From contig NC_057718.1 in the NCBI RefSeq assembly GCF_004010195.1, forward strand, positions 11,639,186-11,703,185: 64,000 bases of DNA, read 5' to 3'. Shown one piece after another: positions 1-12,010 of the stretch; the stretch's first letter is position 1; every line of letters begins with the position of its first letter. The stretch comes from Chiloscyllium plagiosum. Its lineage: Eukaryota. The notes under the pieces are model-generated. The model saw only the letters and a list, made by a program, of their open reading frames with translations, searched no databases and was not told the origin of the DNA. A program made the translations under genes and the position numbers.

Positions 1-1949
1 CTGGAATTATAGGCTAATCTCAGAAATGGTGACCACAAAACAATCATCAATTGTTGGGGGAAAAAACTCATCTGGTTCATTCATGCCATTTAGGGAAGGA
101 AATCTGCCCTCCTTACCTGGTCTGGCCTACATGTGACACCCAGACCAACTGCCCTCTGAAATGTCTGAGCAAATCACTCAGGGAATCAGGGATGAAGACG
201 TATTGTTGGGGCCCTGTCTACAACATATACCTTCTATGAAAGAACAATCAAAAAAATGGCCACTTTCCACAAGAACACAACTAACAGACACCCTATTCAT
301 AAAAACAGCAATTGAACTTTATTTCACAAATTAATGAATATTATTCACACCATCCACTCTGTTCTTCAGTGCAGTGCCCAGTGACCACACAGGGCCTCAA
401 GCAAAACAAAACCTGTGGCACTGTTAGCAGTTTTATTTTGGAAGGTGAATGAAGGTGAATTATTCTTCTTTTCACAGGAAATTTAAAGCTGGTAACATTT
501 ACAGAAGTTCATACTTTGCCCCATTCATCAGATTATGATTCAAGAGAAAATACCAGCAATCCTAATATTAAGAGCACTCAGGTCAGGGCAGTGCACAGCA
601 GCTATTATGTGGGATCAATGTGAAAAAATAAAGTCCCTTTCTTCTGCGAAGATTATGTGACTTGATCCCAGACACGATACCATTATCCACTTCTCCTTGT
701 CTCGAAGAAAGTGACTGCTGATTCAGTTTTGTGCCACGGGCCCCTGTCATTTGGGAATGAGATGGAAACGAGCTTATTTCATAATGAAAGCCTTCTAGCA
801 GCTGAAAGCAGATGCATTTTCCTCTGGCTCCTCATGCTCTGCTGCCAGATTAAGAAAACATCTCAAACATCGCAGAGTGCAAATTACTGACCTCAAGAAC
901 CAAGATTTGTTTATAATTTATCCAGCGCCTTTCACGACCTGAGGACATCCCAAAATCCGTCGCAGCCAAATTGGCACTGTTTGAGATGGAGTCAACGTAG
1001 CAAGAAAGCGAATGTTGAAGCCAATTTGCACATGCGCAAATAGCAATATGACGATCGCAGTATGGTCACAGCAAACCCCCTTTCCAGGTGCTGCTTGAGG
1101 AAAGAATATCAACCAGGGCAACGGAGGGAACTAACTCAAAGGAAAATACTGTGGACGCTGGAAACCTGTATTTAAACCATAAAAGTCTAGGAATACTCAA
1201 CAAATCTGTCTGAGGAGAACAAAAACAGCTTAGATTATGGACATTGGCAAACAGTGTACTGGACTTTCTCAGTTTTGGGGAGACAGAGTTCAGGATGGCA
1301 AGGGATAGGAAAATAGGGAGCAGCCATGTTGGGAAGGCTAACTCACCTATTCCAATCTTTGGGATACTTACTCAGGGGTATTGGGAAGATGGTTTGGCTG
1401 CTTGCTCCAATTAAGACCCTACTTTGGTGGAAATGGGGTGTTGGCATCCCACTGCCTGGCTACACACTATTGCCTCTTGGGTATTTTATCCATGCGCAGG
1501 GGTTATGAAGAGTTCCTTACACCCATGGGCCAATTGAAACCCTCAACTATCCAATTTTAGGTAAGGAAATTTGCCATCTCCGCCTAGCCTGTTTCATGTG
1601 TGGCATTAGATGCACAGCAAAGTGTCAACCTTAACTACCACTGAAATAGTGTAAGAACCCACTCATGAATTGGGAACATCGGAGATAGCAGGATTAGGCC
1701 ACTTAGTCCATCAAGCATCTTCCCCTGTTTGGCTACAGCATGCTGACCTTCTACCTCGATTCTGTATTTCCTCACTCTCGCTGTATCCCTTCATATTCTT
1801 CATGTCTAGAAATCTATTGAACTCTGTCTTGAACACACTCAATGACCATTCATCCATAACCCTCTGATGCAAAGAATTTCGAACACTCAACATCGTCTGA
1901 GTGAAGAAATCTCATCTCTGACCTAAATGGCCTGGCCCTTATTCTACAC

Positions 1950-2562
1950 ATGTTCCTGGTCTTCCAGTGTTTGGATCCTTCCTGCCAAGACCTCAGCCAT
2001 GGTCTCCAATGCTGCGGTCCCCTCCTCCACTGCTTCTACTCTTCAGTTCAGTGTCTGAATCTCCTGCTCCTGCTTTGTCAGTGTGGCAGATATCGGCTCC
2101 ATCGCTGCTTCAATCTTTTCTCAGAGTTTGGCAAACTCTGAGAGTAACTGCTGCTGCTCCATTAAATCCAGAGGCCAAGGGGCCACCCCAGGAGTTTGAG
2201 TAATGGCTGCGGGCACCCCCGACATAGCATGGCAGTGCCCTGCCTGCTGCACTCCTTTCACCCCCTTTTCCTTTATTCACCTTCATCCTGATCGGAGTTT
2301 TAGTAATGGCTGCGGGCACCCCCGACATAGCATGGCAGTGCCCGCAACCTTTCACCCCCTTTTCCTTTATTCACCTTCATCCTGATCATAGAGCTGTCAA
2401 ACCACAATGTTAGCAGCACCAATGCTCATTAACCTTAGATTATCGATTTTTCTCCTGCGGGTGGTTAACAAGGGGAAGGGTAAAGGTCTACCTCGCCAAG
2501 GGGTATGGCACAAAGCCCAGCACAGCACACTTAGACTGCCGCCATCTTGGATCCCCCCGGGC
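1950..2562 (-). mobile_element. 5' fragment of an L1/Tx1-like LINE (5' UTR plus decayed ORF1 coiled-coil)
   Basis: The minus strand begins GGGGGGATCCAAGATGGCGGCAG, an L1-type 5' end with a YY1-like CAAGATGGCG core. It then reads as a heptad-like peptide with stops: EFAKL*EKIEAAMEPISATLTKQEQEIQTLN*RVEAVEEGTAALETMAEVLAGRIQTLEDQ. Confidence 0.6.
2192..2387. repeat. ~100-bp tandem duplication inside the L1-like 5' UTR
   Basis: AGTAATGGCTGCGGGCACCCCCGACATAGCATGGCAGTGCCC...CCTTTATTCACCTTCATCCTGATC occurs twice, head to tail. Confidence 0.9.
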
Positions 2563-2819
2563 CTGGACCTTATTCTAACACTGAATCCTCTGATTTTAGA
2601 CTAATAGCTAGCATCGTGCTAGTTTCGTAAACAGGAACCAGAACACAAAAAATAGGAGCAGGAGTAGACCATTTCGCCCATTCAGACTGCTCCATTCAAT
2701 AAGGCAATGGATGATCTTTGCTTTAACTCCACTTCCCTACCCACTCCCCACCTTCCTCCATTCCCCTGAGACATCTCCCAGTCTTAAATGCCCTCAATGC
2801 TGGAGCCTCCACAGTCTTG

Positions 2820-3320
2820 GTCATACAGATACAGTCTGATAGCTCAGAAACAGACTCTTCAGTTCAACCACTCCATGCCGACCATAATCTGAAACTAAAC
2901 TAGTCCCACCTGCCTGCTTTTGGCTCATACCCCTCCAAACATTTCTTATTCAGGCGCTCATCTAAATGTCTTTTAAATCTGTAACCCACATCCACACTTC
3001 CCCTGGAAATTCATTCACCACGCGAACCACTCTCTGGGTCAGAAAATTGCCCCTAATGACTTTTTAAACTTTTCTCCTCTCACCTTATAGCAATGCCCTC
3101 TAGGTTTCCAATCCCCCATCCTAGGGGAAAGGCACCTGCCATTCACCCTATCTATACCCCTCATGATTTCATAAACCTCTATAAAGTCACCTCTCAACCT
3201 CTTAGGCTCGAGTCAAAAAAAGTCCCAACCTATCCCGCTATCCTTTATAACAATCTACTATTCCTGGCACATCCTGTTAAGTCTCTTCTGAGCCCTCTCC
3301 AACATAATAATATCATTCCT
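2820..3320 (-). mobile_element. CR1-like LINE 3' fragment
   Basis: The minus strand encodes LERAQKRLNRM, a CR1 ORF2 C-terminal motif, followed by a 3' UTR similar to the other copies in this window. Confidence 0.75.
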
Positions 3321-3321
3321 A

Positions 3322-3670
3322 GGATGGCACAGTGGCTCAGTGATTTGCATTGCTGCCTCCCAGGGACATGGGTTCGATTCCAGCCTCGGGTGACTGTCTG
3401 TGTGGAGTTGGCACATTCTGCCTGTGTCTGTGGGGGTTTCCTCTGGGTGCTCCAGTTTCCTCCCATAGTCCAAAGATATTCAGGTGTGGTGGATAGGCCG
3501 TGCTAAAATTTCCCATAGTGTTCAGAGATGTGTAGATTAGGTGCATTCATCAAGGGAAATGTAGAGTATTAGGGGAATGGGTCTGGGAGGGATATGCTTC
3601 AGATGGTTGGTGTGGACTTGTTGGGACAAATGGCTTGTTTCCACCCTTTAGAGATTCTATGATTTCTATG
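3322..3670 (+). mobile_element. tRNA-derived SINE (HE1/V-SINE-like)
   Basis: A-box-like GGCACAGTGGCTCAGTG and B-box GGTTCGATTCC, a body containing GTGTGGAGTTGGCACATTCT...CCTCCCATAGTCCAAAGAT, and a short-repeat tail. Confidence 0.85.
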
Positions 3671-4446
3671 AATATATACATATATAATATCCTCAGGGGT
3701 ACAGAAGTCCAAAGGCCAATAACCTTCCATCTGATGAAATTTCTTTTTATCTAAATCCTAAATGATCAGCCCCTCATTCTGAGATTGCACCTCTGTGTCC
3801 CGAATTCTCCCAATCTCACAATGTCTATCCTATCAAACCCCTTCAGAGTCCTGTACACGTCCAAGAGATCAGTCTCGCTCTTGTAAACTTGAGAAAACAC
3901 GGGCTTGATTTATTCAGCCTCTCATCTCAGGGACCAATCGAATGAAACACCATTGTACTGCCTTGAGTGTAAGTACAGCCTCTCTTAATCAGCGAGAGCA
4001 AAACCATACACTCTGTTCCTGAACACAATGGCTTCACTTTCAGACAGTCAGTTGAAACTTCAAATGAATCAAAGTCTGACTTTCCGTTAAACAGTTTGGT
4101 TCAGTTGATGAAACCCATTGGTCTCATTTTCAATTCGCCTTTCAGAATAGTGGCTCGACAATCTCCCCATTATGGTCAAAGGCTGAATATAAAATGTGTC
4201 GACCAAACCCAACACTCAACCCCGTCCTGTTGGTCATCTGCACCATGTATGATTTTGGTCCCACGAACTCCTTTCTCACAACTTCACACCCAGCCCCTTC
4301 CCCCCAGCCCCCACCTCTACACCTGGTGTCATGTTGCCCCATTGTATCTGAAAAACTTGCTGCAATTTCGCTGTCGCTTGACTTTCCATATTCCCTATTT
4401 CTGGCAAGACCATGAACACAAACCCCGGATGCAGGAACAGGAATCG

Positions 4447-4465
4447 GGGCGCCCCCTAGTGATGC
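4447..4465 (-). promoter_or_regulatory. candidate CTCF-binding motif
   Basis: The minus strand reads TCACTAGGGGGCGCC, a 13/14 match to the CTCF core CCACTAGGGGGCGC, and lies in non-repetitive sequence. Confidence 0.45.
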
Positions 4466-6272
4466 TCCTGGGTCCTGACTTGAAGAAGGTGGCCCCGTGA
4501 CTGATCCGAGCACAGTAGGCCCTGAGTCCAAGGCCCAGTGTGGCCTCTGCATCTGGCCCCTCCATACGCACAAGGTTTCTTTACAAAGTCAAGGAGCTAT
4601 GTCGCTACTCTTCCTCTCACTAACCCTGTGATAAGCCTCATCTGCAATACGTCTTGCAATGTGAGATAAATTTGTTACTTGTTCTTGCAACATTTACAGA
4701 TGCAAATTAAATGGCAGCAATCATCCAGTTAAACTGCTCCATAATCACAGTAAACTGTTTGGTTTACACAATTCCACAGCTTGGCATGCAGCCGTTGCCA
4801 TATTTGGCATTCCTCTGTAACTTTAGCGAGCTGAATAATGAATGTATTGGATGGAGATGAGTTCTCATTTGTTACAGTAAAAGCAGAAATGCTCCATATT
4901 GATAGGGATTATTGTTGCCATGGTCGCTGTTGTCAATATAAAGCTTGCATAAATAAGACAAGCTGATACAGAATGGCTGGTTGCCTGTAAACAAATGGGA
5001 AACATTGCAACTGTAATTCAGATGGAGCTAAGCTGTTGGCAATTTTCACTTTATGAATCAAAAACCTCCCCTTTGCTCTCCTCAGTAATCTCCCTGACCT
5101 TCATGCTCTCTTGGAGGTAGAGTTCCATCAGAACCTTCCAGTGCTTCAGTTACCCATCCATCACTCACAGCCCAGTACTCTTGCATGTTGCAGCCAAAGC
5201 AGAATACTTGACTACAAAGCCTTACAGGAAGGCCACCTCTTAGTATTTCACTTTGCACTCTCAGAGAGTCAAGGGCAAGGGTAGGATAGTAAAGTTGAGT
5301 TGGAAAATCAGCCATATTGAATGTAAGAACAATCTTGGCAGGCTTTTACATGGCTTTGATTTTACGTTCCAACGTTCTTTGTCTTTATTCTTTCACGGGA
5401 CGTGTGAGTCGCTGGAAAGGTCCACATTTGTTGGTTGTTCCTGATTGACCTTGACCTGCCTGCTCACATTACTGTGGTTACATGTTGGCCAGACTGGGTA
5501 AGGTTGGCAGATTTCCTTCCTTATTGGAACCAAAGGGGTTTCTATGACAATGGATGACATCTATCAATGTGCAATGGCCAAGATTAGCTTTCCTGACTTA
5601 TTGCCACAAATTAATTTATGAGCCTGTAATATTGTTTGTAAGTCACTTTGATTTTCTTCCCTGGAGTTTTCATAATATTCCGTCTAACTTTTCAAGCTCT
5701 TCTGTATTATCCAATTTGATTTCCAGAGGGTCTACTTTAAAATGTTCAATTTGTGATTCATTTTCATTCCAATATTTTATTTAAATCCCTAATTCTTTTC
5801 CTATTACATATACACTTCTGTTCTGACTATCCTCCCTGTCATAGTACGGCTTTAACGTAAGACACACTGAGTGATTTTGTTTTCCTGTCTGAGTACTTTG
5901 GAATTCATATCATTAAGCTCTTTTTGATCTGATAAGGTTCAGTGACTTTTGTTTCTACTGGTTCCTCAGAGACAGGTATTAACACTAACAACTTGTCTCC
6001 AGCAATATTCCAAACTTAAGCCTCTATAGTTTCTCCAATTTTAATTGGTTGTTGTGCACTCTTCAAATGTTTTTCGGCAGACTCATATGTTATGGTTAGA
6101 TTTTCCCGGAAATCTGACACAAAGATTGGAAATGCAATCTTTAAGCTTTGGCTTATAATATTTTCTTTAATTAATTTGATGTGGTCCTCTCACCTCAAGT
6201 CCATCTATCAGGCCAGAAGGACTGAATCCTGCATTACCATAAGGGGCATCCTTGATGATAATCAATAATAAG

Positions 6273-6549
6273 AGAATTAGATTAGATTCCCTACAGTATG
6301 GAAACAGGCCCTTCGGCCCAACAAGTCCACACTGACCGTCCATAGGAGTAACACACCCAGACTCATTCCCCTACCCTATATTTACCCCTAACACTATGGG
6401 CAATTTAGCATGGCCAATTTACCTGACCTGCACATCTTTGGATTGTGGGAGGAAATCCACGCAGACACGGGGAGAATGTGCAAACTCCACACAGACGACC
6501 GGCCAAGACTGGAATCGAACCCAGGTCCCTGGTGCTGTGAGGCAGTGCC
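6273..6549 (-). mobile_element. HE1/V-SINE-like SINE
   Basis: Reverse complement of the same SINE body, with B-box GGTTCGATTCC and an (ATCTA)n tail read as AGATTAGATT on the plus strand. Confidence 0.85.
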
Positions 6550-8611
6550 GCTCCTTATCCCAATTGTGAGGACAATCCTGGCAATAATAGCTCTAATTAT
6601 GGACATTAAAGTTTGATGCCGTCTTTCTAATTTTTCTTGAGGTTGTGGATGATAAGCTGAAGGTATGAATTGTTTTTCTTCCCCTCATCTCTTCATTATT
6701 TCTTTGAATATTTATGATGTAAACTTTGAATCTTAAACTAATTGTATTTCCTCGGGTAATCCATATTTCATAAAAAACCAAGCTAAATCCTCCAGTACCA
6801 TTTTTTTTTGTAACACTTTCCAAAGACATTGCCTTAGGAAATCTTGCCAAAACATTCGTAATTGTTGGAGGTTACTGATTTCCACTTCCAATTTTATCTA
6901 GGGGTCTATTAAGATTCTCAAAATGATTCCCTGAAAACTGTTATCAGAATTAAAGGTGCAAGTCTAATGGCTGGTTGGGATTTCCCCACTATCTGACGTA
7001 AACATCTCGCAAAATTTGACCATGCCCTTACATAGTCCGAGACAATAAAATTGTTTTAATATTATAATGTGATTTCAGAGGTGGTGATGTTGAGCAGGGG
7101 AGATCAATCAATCCAGCAGACTCTCTCTCCAGAATAACATATCTTAGAAACAAGCTTCATGGAGAGAGGTAGAGAAAGGCAATAGATTCCCTCAAGCAGG
7201 TATGAACCACAGGCTTAGTTCGGACAAGTCCGGACAGGTCAGGGGATCGAGTTTCTGGAGGTTAGAAGCTAGGATGAGGTGGGGGAAGGGGAAATGAGGA
7301 AACTGTTAAAATCCACATTGATGCCCTGTATGAACCACAGGCTTAGTTCCATGTAAATATTATTTTCATCTTAATTTCACTTCATGATTTTAAAAGACCT
7401 AATGCTAGTGGAATAAAGAATTCATGCTTCACAATCTTTGGGCCATCTAGGTGGTTAAATCTTGTGTTATATTTCAGTTGCAGGATTTAAAGCACCATCA
7501 CCAAAGCAGGTATGGCACCAAGCAGGGGAGATTGAGCAGTCATAGCTCATCACTGGAGGGAAGGATATCTTTGCCAGAGTGATGTTTCCTTCGAGACAAG
7601 GGGGGACAGACAAGAGATTTCTTTAACATGTCAACTCCAGGCTTAGTTCCATGCAAATACTCTCTTTCCATAGCTTGACTTTAATGTTTGTAATGACATG
7701 ATATCAGTTGAATAATGAATCCTGACTCTGTGATCTTTGGGCTGTTAAGGTGCTTAAGTTTTGCGTTACATTTTAGCCCAATTTTTTCAAATAGCTAAAT
7801 AACCTGCCATTGAAATTTAGTGAGCCACTTTGTTACCTGACTCTCGTAGAGCTACTGTTTATGACATACGGCCCACTCCTCATCAGCTGGCATTTGAGAT
7901 GGTTTCCATTTCCTCATTATCACTTTGTCTTTTAAATAACAACACTAAGGTACTGTTTGGGCTAAACACGACAGCCTCATTCTCTTTATCTTCCTTCTTT
8001 TCACTTTGCAGAAAAATTCCAGCTAACTTTCCACATCATCTCCCTCTTTCATATATTCCTCTTCTTGCTTTCTGATTTAAAGAGCCTGAGATCTAGTCAC
8101 AACACATAATCCACAATATTCGTCCTGAGTCATCTCAGTTTCTCTTCCCTCCATTCCTCAGTGAAGCTAATATTTTTGAATCAGCCAGGTCACTCCCCAA
8201 AATAACAGCAATTACTTTTACAGCAATTTGTCACGCTCCTCTGACTATACTTCACCACTTACTAAGTCGCTATTTAATCCAATTTGATCAAATGGGGCCA
8301 CTTCCAAACTTCTAATTAATACACTTCCCTTCATTTGCCCCTCTGGAATTTAAATTGCATTATCAGCCAGCATCAACTACTGACCTACTCCAATATCTCA
8401 ATATCTTTACTCTATAATTAGAAAAAATAAGGAAATGATAAATGAAATATTCAGAACCTCCTCTGGTCTGATTTTCTTCAGCAACAATTGAGGAATAATT
8501 TTCTTGACAGTCCTGAGCCAATTCTCCTTTTCTGATAGCTTTGAATCAAACTGCAGCACTGTCGTAGTTTTAATATGTCTTTTCCTCATCCACACTCCCA
8601 GGTAGCACTTA

Positions 8612-8903
8612 TGGTGGCACAGTAGCTAGCACTCCTGCCTCACAGCACGTGAGTCCCAGGTTCGAGACCACCCTCGGGCAACTGTCCATGTGGAGTTTGC
8701 ACATTCTCCCAGTGTCTGTGCGGGTTTCCTCCCACAGCCTGAACCTATGCAGGTCAGGTGAATTGGCCGTGCTAAATTGCCCATCGTGTTAGGTGCATTA
8801 GTCAGAGGGAAATGGGTCTGGGTTGGGTTACTCTCCTGAGGGTCAGTGTGGACTGGTTGGGTGGAAGGGCCTGTTTCCACACTGTAGGGAATCTAATCTA
8901 ATC
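8612..8903 (+). mobile_element. HE1/V-SINE-like SINE
   Basis: GGTGGCACAGT head, B-box GGTTCGAGAC, conserved body and an ATCTAATCTAATC tail. Confidence 0.85.
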
Positions 8904-9919
8904 ACTTTTCTGAGGACTCCTTCGGGATTTCTGCTTCTCTGATAGGTCTCCCATTTAACTTCCAGCAATTAGCTTAAGTATGCCCAATCTTTTCCAATGA
9001 AAGCACATTAGTTTCTTGATTTATTTTTAGGTTCTAGCTTTTCTCCTTTAAGAATTTGGTGTGGAACTCCAACAGTAACTCCTCCACTTGAGGAATTTTG
9101 CATCCCTCTCTTTGTTGCCAAACAGAAAACTTTTCTCCCCCCATCCCCAGATGTACAATTGCTACAATGTCCTTGTAGGTTCCCATATGACCATTTCCTC
9201 ACATGTAGCTCTCTGTGTGAGATATCACAGCGGCTGAACTGCCACTTCTCGGATCTTTGAACCTTGACATCAATATGAATAAGTCTTAAGGTTTACCAGA
9301 AAGGTATTTTGGAATTCTTCCACGATCATGGCTTCACTTGTGTTCTCAAAACTTTTCTCTAACTTCAGTGATTGCACCAACTGATTGCAGATTTTTTTTT
9401 ACTTCTTGCAAATTTTACAAAGGTCAGATTAGGTATCTTCCTTCTAGTCCTGAATTCTAATTGATAAGCTTCAGTGAGATGTTCATAATCATCGAGTATT
9501 GGCCTTTTAACAGCTTAATTGCTCTTCTGACAAACTGATGGACACATTTATAGCTGTATCTGTCAGGACATTCAGAATCACAGAATTGTTACAATGTAGA
9601 AGGAGGCCATTCAGCCCATCGTGCTGTACCAATTCTATGATCAAGTATCAATGTCTTGCCTTTTGCCCATATTCCTGAAGACCATTTATATCCAAACAGT
9701 CATCCAATTCCATCTGCAATGTTAAGGTTCTAACATCTTTCAGTCACAAAACTTCACAAGACCAACTTTTCCAATGAGGAATCTTTCAATTCCATCATTT
9801 GTAAATGTGTAAATTGTAAACAAAGATTTCTAAGTTAATCACATTCCTCACTGGCATCAAAATCATTGTCTGTGCTATCACTTCTTCATTCCTCTTCTAC
9901 TCTAAAGCTTTCTCTTGCC

Positions 9920-11590
9920 AAGCCACGACTGGTGATATCTTGGGAAAGAGTCCATATCACAGTAGAGGAAGTGTTGGATGCATTAGAGTGTATGAATGTA
10001 GATAAATCTCTTGGTCCTGACCAGATATATCCAAGAACACTACTACAGATGAGAGAAGAAATTGCAGGATCCCTGGCTGATATTTTTGCATCATCATTAG
10101 CCATGGGTGAGGGCCCAGAAGACTAGAGGGTAGTGACTGTTGTGCTGTTATTCAAGAAGGGCTGCAAAGGAGCAGGCAGCATGGCTTTGTGAGTGAGAGA
10201 TCATGCTTCACAAATTTGTTAGAGTTCTTTGATGAAGTGCCCAGGAAGGTTGATAAGTTCTTTGATGAAGTGCCCAGGGTGGTAGACATAGTCCATATGG
10301 ATTTCAGTAAGACTTTTGATAAGGTTCCATGTGGTAGGCTGCTCTGGAAGGTTAGATCACATGGAATCCAGGGGAGCTGGTGAAATGGATACAAAATTGG
10401 CTTGATGATAGGAAACAGAGGGTAATAGTGGAAGGATGCTTGTCAGACTGGAGGCCTGTGACTAGTGAAGTGCCTCAGGGATCGGTGCTGGGCCCAATGC
10501 CGTTTGTTATTTACATCAATGATTTGGATGACAATGTACAAGGCATGATTAGTACGTTTGCTGATGATACAAAAATATTGTGGACAGTGAGGAAGGTTAT
10601 CAGAAATTGCAGCAGGACCTTGACCAGCTGGGGAAGTGGGCCCAGAAAAAGCAAATGGAGTTTAATACAGGCAAGTGTAAGGTCTTGCATTTTGCAAAGT
10701 CAAATCAAGGTAGGAGATTCATGGTGAATGGTAGGGTCCTAAGGAGTGTAGTGGAACAGAAATACCTTGAAGTTCAGGGGCACGGTTCTATGAAAGTGGA
10801 GTCACAGGTAGACAGGGCAGCACTGCCCTTCATTCCTGATGAAGTGCTTTTGCCCGAAACATCGATTTTTCTGCTCCTCGGATGCTGCTTGACCTGTTGT
10901 GCTTTTCCAGCACCGCTCTAATCTAGACTCTGATTTCCAGCATCTGCAGTCCTCACTATTGCCCTTCATTAGTCAGAGCATGAGTATGGAAGTTGGGAAG
11001 TTATGTTGCAGTTATACAGGGCGTTGGTGAGGCCGCACTTGGGGTAATGTATTCAGTTTTAGTCACCTTGTCATAGGAAGGATGTTATTAAATTGGAAAG
11101 AGCGCAGAAGAAATTTACAAAGATGTTGCCTGGACTCAATGGTCTGAGTTAAAGGGAGAGGTTGGACAAGATGGAATTTTTTCGTTTAGAGCGTAGGAGA
11201 CTGAGGGACAACCTTTTAGAGGTGTAGAAGATTAGGAGAGGCATGAATAGAGAGAATGCACTCGGTCCTTTTCCCAGGGGTGGGGAATCGAGGACTAGAG
11301 GGCATCAGTTTAAGGTTAGAAGGGGAAAGAATACATGCAAACCTGAAGGGTAACCTTTTTACACAGAGGGTGGTATGCATATAGAATGAGCTACCAACGG
11401 AAGTGGTTGAGGGGGGGTGGTCATTAACAACATTTAAAATGCTTTTGGACAAATACATGAAGAAGAAAGGATTAGAAGGATATGGGCCAAGTGCATGGAA
11501 ATGGGGTTAGCGTGGATGGACATTTTGGTCAGCATGGCCCAGTTTGGGCCGAAGGGCCTGTCTCTGTGCTGTAGGAGTCTGTGACTCTCA
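9920..11590 (+). mobile_element. 5'-truncated CR1 LINE (decayed RT plus 3' UTR)
   Basis: Frameshifted RT motifs KSLGPDQIYPR, SCFTNLLEFF, DFSKTFDKVP, VPQGSVLGP, FVIYINDLD and FADDTKI. Confidence 0.92.
10835..10959 (+). mobile_element. short Penelope-derived insertion with a decayed hammerhead motif, inside CR1
   Basis: Flanked by the direct repeat TGCCCTTCATT (10824-10834 and 10960-10970). It starts CCTGATGAAGTGCTTTTGCCCGAAACATC. Confidence 0.75.
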
Positions 11591-11616
11591 GACTGGATTT
11601 CCTTTCTATTTTGTGT

Positions 11617-12010
11617 TCAACAAAGAACAAAGACCAGTACAGCACAGGAACAGGCCCTCCAGCCCACCAAGTCTGTGCCAACGCATGATACTTTTCTAAA
11701 GTAAAAGCCTTTGACTCTAAATAGCCCATACTCCTCTATTTCCCACCTATTCATGCAGCTGTCAAGATGCCTCTTACAAGTTGCCATTGTATCTGTCTTT
11801 GCCACCACCTCTGGCAGCGCATTCCAGACACTGTGTAAAAAAACTTGCCTCTCGCATCTCCATTAAACTGAGCCCCTTTCACCTGAAACCTATGTCCTGT
11901 TGCAACTGACATTTCAACCCTGGGAACAAGAAAACCTCCAACCATCCATTCTATCTGTGCCTTCCATAACTTTGTAAACTTCTGTCAGGTCACCCCTCAT
12001 TCTTCGATGT
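11617..12010 (-). mobile_element. CR1-like 3' end
   Basis: The minus strand gives GHRFQVKGAQFNGDARGKFF and a (TTGTTC)-type tail. Confidence 0.75.

Larger units (their letters stand above)
5600..9560 (-). mobile_element. highly decayed L1/Tx1-clade LINE (ORF1, EN, linker and RT remnants), interrupted by SINEs
   Basis: Minus-strand remnants lie in L1 order: ORF1-like AHR...P and RI.GL segments (~9250-9500), linker QKARRGIYERG..GKLA (~8010-8075), GTGGFSLVFYE resembling GPDGF..EFYK (~6770-6800), and HQGCPL resembling RQGCPL (~6240-6257). Confidence 0.55.

Noticed and set aside
3322..3400. tRNA genes at SINE heads
   Set aside because: A/B boxes are present but there is no full cloverleaf, and the sequence continues into the SINE body.
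4142..4573. 143-aa minus-strand ORF as a host gene
   Set aside because: It has no ATG start, no recognisable domain and only weak splice signals. It is kept only as a non-coding candidate.
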